The notes below the pieces were generated by a model. It saw only the letters and a list, made by a program, of their open reading frames with translations. It was not told the DNA's origin and ran no database searches. Both the position numbers and the translations under genes were made by a program. From Acidimicrobiales bacterium (GTDB taxonomy: Bacteria; Actinomycetota; Acidimicrobiia; Acidimicrobiales; Iamiaceae), in NCBI GenBank assembly GCA_020439555.1, contig JAGQSN010000095.1, positions 1 through 54,335 of the forward strand: a stretch of 54,335 nucleotides of DNA, in the 5' to 3' direction. This document shows positions 45,871 to 54,335 of the stretch, one piece after another. Numbering within the stretch: position 1 is the first letter of the stretch; every line of letters begins with the position of its first letter.

Positions 45871-46087
45871 GTGGGGAGTCCCTCCTTGGAGGTTAGAGCT
45901 GGACCGGCGGTGCCCGTGAAATCAGCGGCTTCTGAGGGAGTGCCTAGATGCAAGGACGTGGATCCTAGTCGACGGTAGGAAATCGGTCTATCTGCGCTGA
46001 AGGGTGCGATCGATGGGATTGCCGCGGAAGTATCCGCAGATGTACGATGGGAGCTGACGAGCTGGCTGTCAGAAGGGGGAGGGGCAG

Positions 46088-47026
46088 GTGAGAGTTGTGG
46101 TTACCGGTGCCGCAGGATTCATCGGATCACACCTCTGCGAGGCACTCCTTGAAGATGGTCATGAAGTCGTTGGCGTGGACTGCTTCACGGACTACTACCC
46201 GCGCAGGTTCAAGGAACTCAATCTCCTCAACGCGAGAGATCAGGCGAAGTTCGAGTTCATCGAGGCTGACCTGCGCAGTGATTCGCTTGAGCCGATTCTC
46301 AGCGGCTGCGATGCGGTCGTCAATGAGGCTGCCACCCCTGGATTGCTCTTGAGCTGGGATGATTTCGATCGATATCAATCGACCAATCTCACGGCAGTCA
46401 AGCGTCTCCTTGACGCGGCGATCGCTGTAGGTATTGGACACTTCGTTCAAGCATCTACTTCTTCAGTCTACGGAGCAGACGCGACGGGTGACGAGGAGAG
46501 CCATTGCCTCCCAGTTTCTCCGTACGGGGTGACCAAACTTGCGGCAGAGCACCTTCTGAGAGCTCACAGCGAAACCGCGGACCTACCTCTGACCATTCTT
46601 CGATACTTTTCGATCTACGGTCCGCGTCAGAGGCCTGACATGGCGTACAGAATCTTCTGCGAACGTTTGCTGAACAATGAACCGATAGTCGTGTTCGGCG
46701 ATGGGCTGCAGAGCCGCTCGAACACGTATGTCTCCGATTGCGTCGACGCGACGATCGCGGCACTTCACCGAGAGCCGGATGGATCGGTGTTCAACATCGG
46801 CGGAGGTCAAGAGGTCGAACTGCTGCACGCGATCGACATCCTGGCCGGGCATCTCGGCGTCGTCCCGGTGTTGGAGCATCGGCCTGCTCGGCGTGGTGAT
46901 CAGCGCCGGACATGTGCCGACACGACCCGTGCGAGGAAGGAACTGGGTTGGGAGCCCACCGTGCTGCCGGAGGAAGGCCTCCGAGCGGAGGTTTCCTGGG
47001 TGCGGTCGTCCCTGGGCCTCGATTAG
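46088..47026 (+). CDS. NAD-dependent epimerase/dehydratase (UDP-glucuronate epimerase-like)
   Basis: VTGAAGFIGSH, STSSVYG, YGVTK and LRYFSIYGPRQRPDMA. Confidence 0.95.
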   Translation: MRVVVTGAAGFIGSHLCEALLEDGHEVVGVDCFTDYYPRRFKELNLLNARDQAKFEFIEADLRSDSLEPILSGCDAVVNEAATPGLLLSWDDFDRYQSTNLTAVKRLLDAAIAVGIGHFVQASTSSVYGADATGDEESHCLPVSPYGVTKLAAEHLLRAHSETADLPLTILRYFSIYGPRQRPDMAYRIFCERLLNNEPIVVFGDGLQSRSNTYVSDCVDATIAALHREPDGSVFNIGGGQEVELLHAIDILAGHLGVVPVLEHRPARRGDQRRTCADTTRARKELGWEPTVLPEEGLRAEVSWVRSSLGLD

Positions 47027-47039
47027 GCGTCGCCCAGGT

Positions 47040-47984
47040 TCAGGCTTCCAGAGACCGGAACCATGCGATGGTCTCGCGAAGACCGGTGTCGAGATCCACT
47101 GGTTCCAGGCTCGGCACCAGCGAACGGACCCTTTGCTGGTCGGCCTGGCTGTCGCGAACGTCTCCGGGTCGTGGCTGGACGTGGTCGCGCTCGAGCGGAT
47201 GACCGAGTATCTCCTCGAGATGGTCGATGAGTTCCAACAGTGAGTACCGCGTCCCGAACGCGAGGTTCACAGGTTGGTTGGAGGACGACCCTTTCGCGAG
47301 GACGTCGGAGATCACTGCTGCAACCGAACCGACGAAGGTGAAGTCCCTCGTCTGTCCACCATCACCGTGTACGGACAACGGTTCTCCGGCCAGCGCGGCC
47401 GAAACGAACGCGGGGACGACCGCCGCATAGGCGTGACCGGCACGTTGAAGCGGTCCGAAGACGTTGAAGAAGCGGAACGCCACCCCCGAGAAGCCGAACA
47501 CCTGTTGATAGCTCAGCACGTACGACTCGGTCGCCAACTTGCTGACGGCGTAGGGGCTCACCGGCATGGGCTGAAGGGTCTCGACCTTCGGGAGCACGGG
47601 GTTCGCTCCGTAGACCGAGGAGGACGACGCAGCCACGATCCGGTTCACTCCGGCTGCACGCATGGCCTCGAGAACACGAATCGTGCCGGTCGCGTTGTTG
47701 TCGTGGGAGGCGATCGGGTCCTCGATGGATTTGGGGACCGATGGTCTCGCCGCGAGGTGGACGACGGCGTCGGTACCGGCGAGGACTTCGGTCAGGTGGT
47801 CCTGGTCGAGGATGTCTCCTTCGACGAGGTCTACGCCGCTGAGGTTCGCGACGTTGTCAGCGAACCCGGTCGACAAGTTGTCGTAGGCGACCACGGAGGC
47901 GGCGGTGCCGGTGTCGACGAGATGGCGCGCGAGGTTCGCTCCGATGAAGCCGGCACCACCCGTGATCACAATCCTGTCGAGCAT
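47040..47984 (-). CDS. NAD-dependent epimerase (WbpP-like UDP-GlcNAc(A) 4-epimerase)
   Basis: ITGGAGFIG, HLAARPSVPKS, SSSSVYG, YAVSK, FFNVFGPLQ and YAAVVP. Confidence 0.93.
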   Translation of the reverse strand: MLDRIVITGGAGFIGANLARHLVDTGTAASVVAYDNLSTGFADNVANLSGVDLVEGDILDQDHLTEVLAGTDAVVHLAARPSVPKSIEDPIASHDNNATGTIRVLEAMRAAGVNRIVAASSSSVYGANPVLPKVETLQPMPVSPYAVSKLATESYVLSYQQVFGFSGVAFRFFNVFGPLQRAGHAYAAVVPAFVSAALAGEPLSVHGDGGQTRDFTFVGSVAAVISDVLAKGSSSNQPVNLAFGTRYSLLELIDHLEEILGHPLERDHVQPRPGDVRDSQADQQRVRSLVPSLEPVDLDTGLRETIAWFRSLEA

Positions 47985-48081
47985 CCGGCTCCTACCGTTC
48001 CCCAGCCTGCTTGGTCAGGCTCCCGTCGATCACGCTAGGCAGCAGGACCGTGGGGGTTCCACCTGATGGAGAAACCAGCGG

Positions 48082-48834
48082 TCATCTGGGATTGCCGTTC
48101 TCGAGTCGCTTCTGGGGGACGTCGACGGCGCGAACTGCGGCCACCAGGTTCGGCGGCCATGGGGGACCATCGACCGTTTGGTTGTCGAGGCCGGTGAAGG
48201 TCGAGTAGCCGACTTCGCGGAGGAACTCGTGAATTGGACCAGCGGTCTCGTTCAGCTCGACCACGACTATCGGGTGGTCGCGTTCGAGCAGCCCACGGGC
48301 GCCGTGGAGAACGTCGAGTTCAGGGCCGTCGACATCAATCTTCAGAAAGGAGACCTTGTCGATGGTCGAGAGAAGGGAGTCGATCGACAGGAGTGGGGCT
48401 ACTCCGGCAGCCCGCGGAAGGACCTCGACCTGGCTGAAGCCGCTGGAACGCAGAGAAGTCGTGAGCGTTGCGGCGATGTCCGGGTCGGCCTCCACGGCTA
48501 CGACCCGACCTGTCGACCCGACCGTTCGTGCCATCACTCGGGTGATGAAGCCGTAGTTGGAACCAACATCGATCGTCGTGTCGCCCGGCGCGACCTCGGA
48601 CACGATCAATCTGCAGATGAGGTTCTCAACGCCCTGCGAAGCGGCTCGTTCGAAGATCGTGAAGGGTGCAACGAAAGGGAACGAGAGACCTTCCCACGAG
48701 ACGTCCCCCCTGACCATGGGTTCTCGCAAGTGGAGAGCTCGTCGGAGCCGAGGCGTGACCAACCTCTGGGCGATACGGACCAGCGGCGCAGGAGCAGCCC
48801 TGCGAAGTCGATAGGCAGTAGCCGGAATCTCCAT
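48082..48834 (-). CDS. FkbM family methyltransferase
   Basis: IDVGSNYG, VVAVEADP and FLKIDVDGPELDVLHGA. Confidence 0.88.
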   Translation of the reverse strand: MEIPATAYRLRRAAPAPLVRIAQRLVTPRLRRALHLREPMVRGDVSWEGLSFPFVAPFTIFERAASQGVENLICRLIVSEVAPGDTTIDVGSNYGFITRVMARTVGSTGRVVAVEADPDIAATLTTSLRSSGFSQVEVLPRAAGVAPLLSIDSLLSTIDKVSFLKIDVDGPELDVLHGARGLLERDHPIVVVELNETAGPIHEFLREVGYSTFTGLDNQTVDGPPWPPNLVAAVRAVDVPQKRLENGNPR

Positions 48835-48858
48835 GGACTGATCTTGTCGCCGAAGTCG

Positions 48859-49680
48859 TCAGTCGACGAAACCGCAAGCCTCCGCGCCATGTCGGGAAAT
48901 CAACTTCGCCCGAAACTGTGGGCCGAGGAAGATCGCGTCGCCCCAGAGACTCTGGCCGATCGCCGAGGTGGCAAAGCGGTAGACCCCGAACGGGCGGTAC
49001 CCGTGCGCCGACAACTTCTCCGTCAGTTCGTGCAACAGCACTCCGCCTTCGTAGCCCGGTACCAGGCGCACCTCGGAGATGATGACATCGATCGCGGACC
49101 GTTCCAACAATTCCGAGGCTCCGTCCAGCACGAGGGGCTCAGCGCCTTCGACGTCGATCTTCATGACGTCGATGTGGTCGATTCCCTTCTCATTGCAATA
49201 GCTGTCGATACGCCGGGTCGCGACCTCGACACCTTCGTAGGAATGACCCTTCGCCGTCAGGTCGAACTCCTTGGCGTGGTCGAGCAACGAATTCGATCCG
49301 CCGCCGAACGCTTCGTTGTCCACGTGGAAGGTCGCCACTCCGTCCCGGTCCGAGATGGCCGCTCGCACGCATGTGATCTGCGGGAGTTGACTCAGGTTCT
49401 TCGACAAGCGTTCGAAGGTCTCGGGTGTCGGCTCGAAGCAGGTGATCGAAGCTTCGGGCCACCGCTTGTGGAAGCTGTGGGCGACGTATCCGATGTTCGC
49501 TCCCACGTCGAAGACCGTCTTCGGCTTCGGGACCAACGCGGCTGCATCGCCGAACGCGTCTCTCGTTCCCCAGCGGAGATGTGTGCCGATCCGGTGTCGA
49601 ACCTTGCGGACCATCCCCTTGCGGAGCAGGTAGCGGTGGAGGAGGTCATCTGGTTTCGCCGTGTTGACTGCCACGACCAC
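48859..49680 (-). CDS. FkbM family methyltransferase
   Basis: VFDVGANIG, CFEPTP and IDVMKIDVEGAE. Start approximate. Confidence 0.9.
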   Translation of the reverse strand: MVVAVNTAKPDDLLHRYLLRKGMVRKVRHRIGTHLRWGTRDAFGDAAALVPKPKTVFDVGANIGYVAHSFHKRWPEASITCFEPTPETFERLSKNLSQLPQITCVRAAISDRDGVATFHVDNEAFGGGSNSLLDHAKEFDLTAKGHSYEGVEVATRRIDSYCNEKGIDHIDVMKIDVEGAEPLVLDGASELLERSAIDVIISEVRLVPGYEGGVLLHELTEKLSAHGYRPFGVYRFATSAIGQSLWGDAIFLGPQFRAKLISRHGAEACGFVD

Positions 49681-49794
49681 ATCTTGACAGGGCAGACAGG
49701 CGGAGGGGCGTGGCGTGGACGATCGACGAGTTCGTCCCACAGGAGCCATCGGAGTCCCGCGAACGTGACGAGGGGACGTCGAGACGATGCGACC

Positions 49795-50910
49795 TCAGCC
49801 GGACGCGGAGAGGCGAGTGATGGTTCCCGATTCGGAGAGGACGTAGGCCTCGCCGTCGGCGTCGGTGCCGAAGGACATGGGTCGCTCCACCGCGACCTCC
49901 AAGTCGGTTGCCGTCGCGTCGCCTCCTTCGTCCAAGCGCACAGCACGGATCCGCCCCACGCAGTAGTCGGTGAACAGGAACGCACCCTCGAGACCGGACA
50001 ACTCCTTCCCCCGGTAAGGGAAGCCGCCGACGATCGAACACGCGCCGCCGTCGCGGCCGTACTCGAACACCGGCGGAACAGCGTCGTCGGGGCGTCGGCC
50101 GTCGCCGTCGAGGTAGGGCGCGGATCCCTCGTAACCGCTCCACCCGAAGTTCGCGCCTTCGATCTCGTTCGCTGCGACGTGGTCGACCTCCTCGGTCGTG
50201 TTCTGACCGACGTCACCGATCCAGAGGCTCCCGTCGGAGTCGAACGCGAACCGCCACGGGTTCCGCAGGCCCTTCGCAACCTGCTGCACCTTCCCGGTCG
50301 AGAGATCAATGGCGAGCAACTTCCCGAGGGGCGTCAAGTCGTCCTGTGCACGGTTCTCGGGGTCGTCGCCGGCCCCACCGTCACCCATGCCGAGCCAGAG
50401 CCGTCCGTCGGGTCCCAACACGATGTTGCCGCCGTTGTGGTTCGGGAAAGGTTGCTCGACCTCGAACACCGTCCGCCGTGACCCCTCGTCGACCGCATCG
50501 CCGTCGGTCCGGTAGGCCTCGACGTTCGAGTTCCCGTCGAGGCCGGTGAAGCTGACGAACAAGGTGTCGCCGGACTCGTCGAACGCCATCCCGAGCAGAC
50601 CCTGCTCGCCCTGGGCTTCGGTCCGATCGGAGATGTCGAGAACAGGATCACCGACGGCCTTCAGACTGCCGTCGGCGGCCTTCCGTAGGCGACGAACCGT
50701 CCCTGTCCGCTCGGCCAACCACAGGGCATCGTCACCGGGTCGGGGGGTGAGCACGATCGGTTGGTCGAACCGGCCGACCACTGTGCCGACCACCTTGACC
50801 GGTGCAGCGTTGTCGGTTCGAGGTGCAGTAGGAGGGCCACCCGCGCGGGGCGTGGACGCCGCGCCGGAACCGTCGCTCCCGCATGCGACCCCGAACAGCA
50901 CGAGGAACAC
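49795..50910 (-). CDS. PQQ-dependent sugar dehydrogenase (GSDH family) lipoprotein
   Basis: Lipobox-like GVAC, GEQGLLGMAF, NHNGG.I..GPDG.L..G.GDGG, GLRNPWRF.FD and GDVGQ. Start uncertain. Confidence 0.9.
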   Translation of the reverse strand: MFLVLFGVACGSDGSGAASTPRAGGPPTAPRTDNAAPVKVVGTVVGRFDQPIVLTPRPGDDALWLAERTGTVRRLRKAADGSLKAVGDPVLDISDRTEAQGEQGLLGMAFDESGDTLFVSFTGLDGNSNVEAYRTDGDAVDEGSRRTVFEVEQPFPNHNGGNIVLGPDGRLWLGMGDGGAGDDPENRAQDDLTPLGKLLAIDLSTGKVQQVAKGLRNPWRFAFDSDGSLWIGDVGQNTTEEVDHVAANEIEGANFGWSGYEGSAPYLDGDGRRPDDAVPPVFEYGRDGGACSIVGGFPYRGKELSGLEGAFLFTDYCVGRIRAVRLDEGGDATATDLEVAVERPMSFGTDADGEAYVLSESGTITRLSASG

Positions 50911-51078
50911 AGCGAGGACACCGAAGGCGCGGTTCCATGTGTGAACCGTGGAGCCTGCAAGGCTGTCCCGGCGTGGCCGGGCGATGTGACTCGCGCCCGT
51001 CGAGGCAGAGCAACGTTGCCGGCGGGCTTGCGAATCGACCGCATCAACCGCCACGCTTCGTGTGGGAGGAGGGGAACA

Positions 51079-53187
51079 GTGGGGGGAACTGGGGTTCACG
51101 GTACGGAAGCTAGGTCCGCAGGCCGTGGAGCGTTCCGCAACGACGTTCAGGGCCTGCGCGCCTTGGCGGTCCTCATCGTCGTCGCCTACCACGCGAATCT
51201 CGGTTTCCCGGGCGGCTTCGTAGGGGTCGACGTCTTCTTCGTGATCTCGGGATTCGTGATCACGGCGAAGCTCCTTCGGGAATCTCGACGAGACGGCCGG
51301 ATCCTCTTCGGCGAGTTCTACCTGCAACGCGCCCGGCGTCTCCTACCTGCGTTGGCGGTGATGCTCGCTGCCGTTGCCGTCTGTGCCGTCGTCTTCGGAC
51401 CGATCGGAAGCGTGCACGAGACACTCTCGTTGGGGCGGTTCGCGAGCTTGTTCTCCGCGAACATCGGACTCCTGGGCGAAGGCGACACGAAGGCGTACTT
51501 CGCGGTGGGCGCGGATCGGAACGCGTTGCTGCACACCTGGTCCCTTGGCGTCGAGGAGCAGTTCTACCTGGGGTTTCCGCTCCTGATCGCGTTGCTCGTG
51601 GTCCGGAGACGGCGCCGCCGGACCCAACAGGGCGACCTCTGGTCGTTCCTGGTGCTCGGCGCTCTCACGTTGCTCTCCTTCGCAGTGGCTGCGGCTCTGG
51701 TCATCCGGCCGTCCGAACGACTCGGGAGCCAGTTCGCCTTCTACGCGATCCCGACCCGAGCATGGGAGTTCCTCGTGGGGGCGTTGCTCGCGATGGTCGT
51801 CGATCGGCCTTCACGATGGTCTCGACGGACGGCCAACATGACGGCAGTCGTGGGGATGCTGCTGCTGGTCTACGCGACCTTCGCCCTCTCGGGCGGAACT
51901 CCCTTCCCTGGCATCGCCGCGTTGCCACCGGTTCTCGGCACCGCGCTCCTGATCGCAGCGGGATCCGGCGGTCCCACCCTGTTCAGCCCGGTCCTGGAAC
52001 ATCGGCTCGCTCGATGGATCGGAGACCGGTCCTACTCCTGGTACATCTGGCACTGGCCGATGATCGTCTTCTCTCGTGCGACGTTCCCCGACGCCGGTTG
52101 GACGGTACCGGCGGCGGCCGTGCTGTCGTTGGCGGTGTCCGCAGCCTCCTACCGCTACATCGAGGAGCGGTTCCGCCACCGTCCGGTGAGCAGCGATGCT
52201 GCGCCCGCCCCGACACTGACGTCCCACTCGGCCGACCGGGGCCTCGTGCGCCTTCGACTTCCGGTCGTGTGCGTGGTTTTCCCGTTGCTGTTGATCACGA
52301 CGGTCTCACACGTTCAACCATCGCTCACCAAACTTGACTGGCTCGGCAACACCGACGTCATCTACCGCGCTCACCTCGACACCGAACTGGGATGCAAAGG
52401 CATCCCCTACGGAGCCCCGACTCCGTGTCGATGGGAAGGCGGGGACAAGGGGGTGGCCGTCCTGTTCGGCGACTCCTTCGCCGGGCATGTGAGCGAACCG
52501 TTCGTACACGCCGCTACCGCCGCTGGATACGACGCCGTCGTGGTCACGATGGCCGGGTGCACCCCGATGGATGTCGAGGACCACGGCAAGTCGCCGGACT
52601 TCCACCGAAGCTGCCGCGAATTCGTCGAGAAGTCGATCGAGGCTATCGTCGCCGACCCGCCCGCTCAGATCGTCATCGGAACCGATCTCCAGACGTTCGT
52701 GTCCGAACCGGACCGTTGGGTCAGGCGGTCATCGTCGGAGCCGTGGGCACGTGACGAAGCGGAACGTTCGGCTGTCGTCACATCAGCTTTCGAGCAGTTC
52801 GTCGTCGACGTCGAACGTGCCGGCGCCGCTCTCACGTTGCTCCAGCCGCCGCCGCGCCTGGCCGGAGAGTGGCAACTGGGCGACTGTGCGCCGATATCGG
52901 TCGGGCTTGCCCCCGGTTCATGCGCTCACAGCGAGGCACGGTCGGAGGCCGAACGAGGCCGCTCGGATGCGGTCGAAGCCATCGACAACGCCGCTCGGGT
53001 TACCGACTCGTTCGTGAGCGACCCCGCCGACGTGATCTGCAGCCGGGATGAGTGCGCTGCGTGGCGGGCGGATCGATGGTGGTATCGGGACGTGGGGCAC
53101 CTGACCGTGCCGGGAGCGGAGGCGCTCACTCCGATGTTCGAGCGTCTGATCGCACGCGGGTCGGCAGCAGCGGGCAAGGCACCCTGA
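51079..53187 (+). CDS. Acyltransferase-3 + SGNH fusion (OafA/OatA-like O-acyltransferase)
   Basis: FRNDVQGLRALAV, GVDVFFVISGFVIT, HTWSLGVEEQFY, SYSWYIWHWP, and SGNH GDSFA and DVGH. RBS before GTG 51079. Confidence 0.93.
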   Translation: MGGTGVHGTEARSAGRGAFRNDVQGLRALAVLIVVAYHANLGFPGGFVGVDVFFVISGFVITAKLLRESRRDGRILFGEFYLQRARRLLPALAVMLAAVAVCAVVFGPIGSVHETLSLGRFASLFSANIGLLGEGDTKAYFAVGADRNALLHTWSLGVEEQFYLGFPLLIALLVVRRRRRRTQQGDLWSFLVLGALTLLSFAVAAALVIRPSERLGSQFAFYAIPTRAWEFLVGALLAMVVDRPSRWSRRTANMTAVVGMLLLVYATFALSGGTPFPGIAALPPVLGTALLIAAGSGGPTLFSPVLEHRLARWIGDRSYSWYIWHWPMIVFSRATFPDAGWTVPAAAVLSLAVSAASYRYIEERFRHRPVSSDAAPAPTLTSHSADRGLVRLRLPVVCVVFPLLLITTVSHVQPSLTKLDWLGNTDVIYRAHLDTELGCKGIPYGAPTPCRWEGGDKGVAVLFGDSFAGHVSEPFVHAATAAGYDAVVVTMAGCTPMDVEDHGKSPDFHRSCREFVEKSIEAIVADPPAQIVIGTDLQTFVSEPDRWVRRSSSEPWARDEAERSAVVTSAFEQFVVDVERAGAALTLLQPPPRLAGEWQLGDCAPISVGLAPGSCAHSEARSEAERGRSDAVEAIDNAARVTDSFVSDPADVICSRDECAAWRADRWWYRDVGHLTVPGAEALTPMFERLIARGSAAAGKAP

Positions 53188-53270
53188 CCCACGGGTTGGA
53201 TTCGCGGCCTCCCGGGCGGGGCCGTCCTGGCTCCTTCGGGCGTGTCGTGCGCAACTAGAGTCAGTCGTTC

Positions 53271-53786
53271 GTGGAACTGACACCTACGGCCCTCATGGCC
53301 CACGCTCGCACCGAGGGCGGACGGCGCGCCATCCGGTACTCGGCGACGTCGGTCATCTGCGTCGGCGTCACCCAGGTGCTGCTCCTGGTGTTCCTCCTCG
53401 GTTTCGAGTGGAAGGGCACCCGGTCCAACCTGGCCGCCACGATGATCACGTCCGTCCCGGCGTTCGCCCTCAACAAGTACTGGGTCTGGGGCAAGCGGGG
53501 ACGGGCCCACATGCGCCGCGAGGTCATCCCGTTCTGGGCGTTCACCGTCGCCGGCTGGACGCTGTCGACGTTCATGGTCGCCCTCGTCCAGCACGTCGGT
53601 GAACCCCAGTCGGCCACCCGGACCATCGCCGTCATGGGCGCGAACATCGCCGGTTTCGGTCTGCTGTGGGTCCTGAAGTACCTGTTCCTCGACAAGATCA
53701 TGTTCGGCCCCGAACACCACACCCCCTACGACGAGGACATCGAACGCGAAGAGGCCGGCCTGCCGCCGCTTCTCGACGAGGTCTGA
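53271..53786 (+). CDS. GtrA family membrane protein
   Basis: Four TMs; IRY, AFALNKYWVW and KYLFLDKIMF. Confidence 0.85.
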   Translation: MELTPTALMAHARTEGGRRAIRYSATSVICVGVTQVLLLVFLLGFEWKGTRSNLAATMITSVPAFALNKYWVWGKRGRAHMRREVIPFWAFTVAGWTLSTFMVALVQHVGEPQSATRTIAVMGANIAGFGLLWVLKYLFLDKIMFGPEHHTPYDEDIEREEAGLPPLLDEV

Positions 53787-53796
53787 GACTTCCCTC

Positions 53797-54335
53797 GTGA
53801 CCGACGCGCCTCCGACACTCCACGGACACGAACTCTCCCCGGCGGTGCGGGCCGCTGCGGTGGCCGCCCGAGGGTTCATGCCGACCGACGAAGGCGACGC
53901 CCTCTGGGTGGCCGCCGTCGAAGCAGCGACAGCGGTGGACGGCCCGTTCCTGGAGATCGGGTCCTACTGCGGCAAGTCCTCGATCTGGCTCGGTGCGGCG
54001 GCCCATGCCACTGACCGAGTCCTGTTCGCCCTCGACCATCACCGTGGTTCCGAGGAGAACCAGGCCGGTTGGGAACACCACGAACCCGATCTCGTCGACT
54101 CGGAGATCGGCCGCATGGACACCCTTCCGCGCTTCCGTCGGACCCTGTTCGATGCCGGCCTCGAACCCTCGGTGGTTGCCGTGGTCGGTGATTCGCCGAC
54201 GGTCGGCCGGTACTGGACGACGCCGCTCGCGTTCCTGTTCATCGACGGCGGTCACGGCACCGAACCAGCCCACCGGGACTACGAGACCTGGACGCCCCAC
54301 GTCGTCGCCGGCGGCACGCTGTGCATCCACGACGT
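53797..54335 (+). CDS. Class I SAM-dependent methyltransferase (Methyltransf_24-like), 3'-partial
   Basis: Absent from the ORF track because it has no stop in the window. Reads RGFMPTDEG, FLEIGSYCGKS, DHHRGSEE and LFIDGGH. Confidence 0.9.
   Translation, partial: MTDAPPTLHGHELSPAVRAAAVAARGFMPTDEGDALWVAAVEAATAVDGPFLEIGSYCGKSSIWLGAAAHATDRVLFALDHHRGSEENQAGWEHHEPDLVDSEIGRMDTLPRFRRTLFDAGLEPSVVAVVGDSPTVGRYWTTPLAFLFIDGGHGTEPAHRDYETWTPHVVAGGTLCIHD

Noticed and set aside
48178-50481. 767-aa plus-strand ORF and other long antisense ORFs (e.g. 10498-12105, 2971-4353, 22593-23981)
   Set aside because: Shadow frames of recognisable opposite-strand genes, typical of high-GC DNA, with no motifs.
13192-50910. 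PQQ biosynthesis (PqqD domains plus a PQQ-dependent dehydrogenase)
   Set aside because: No PqqA (ExxxY), PqqB, PqqC or PqqE; the PqqD domains are fused to kinase-like domains and the dehydrogenase is about 30 kb away.
1-54335. CRISPR arrays, tRNA/rRNA genes, transposases, integrases
   Set aside because: None recognised by eye; small structured RNAs cannot be excluded without a covariance-model search.

Overview
High-GC actinobacterial window; the gene content suggests Acidimicrobiia, which is an inference. Housekeeping-type genes lie at both ends: the glnD 3' end, a PAC2-family gene and a GNAT on the left, and a GtrA gene and a methyltransferase on the right. Between them is a ~51 kb surface-glycan locus. 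It encodes a DegT aminotransferase, an initiating sugar transferase, a Wzc-like kinase, many GT4/GT2 enzymes, a GT47, three AsnB-like proteins, an ABC exporter, an O-antigen ligase/polymerase, a CapK-like ligase, epimerases, methyltransferases and an OafA-like acyltransferase. Embedded at 5.9-20.1 kb is the most interesting block, a candidate RiPP-like protein-modification system. It has five JmjC/ROX-type hydroxylase domains in four translationally coupled genes (three with an intact Fe triad, two degenerate) and a PhyH dioxygenase. It also has an HprK-like kinase with a PqqD/RRE domain, an RRE fused to a pseudokinase, a peroxiredoxin and two unknown proteins. Two genes encode Tat-type signal peptides that share a W-x-A-P-x-[IV] motif resembling the RRE-binding Y-x-x-P-x-L of lasso leaders. 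One is an Asn/Cys-rich 194-aa protein. The other is a Gly-rich protein interrupted by a single in-frame TAG. Family calls come from motif recognition by eye; no searches were run.
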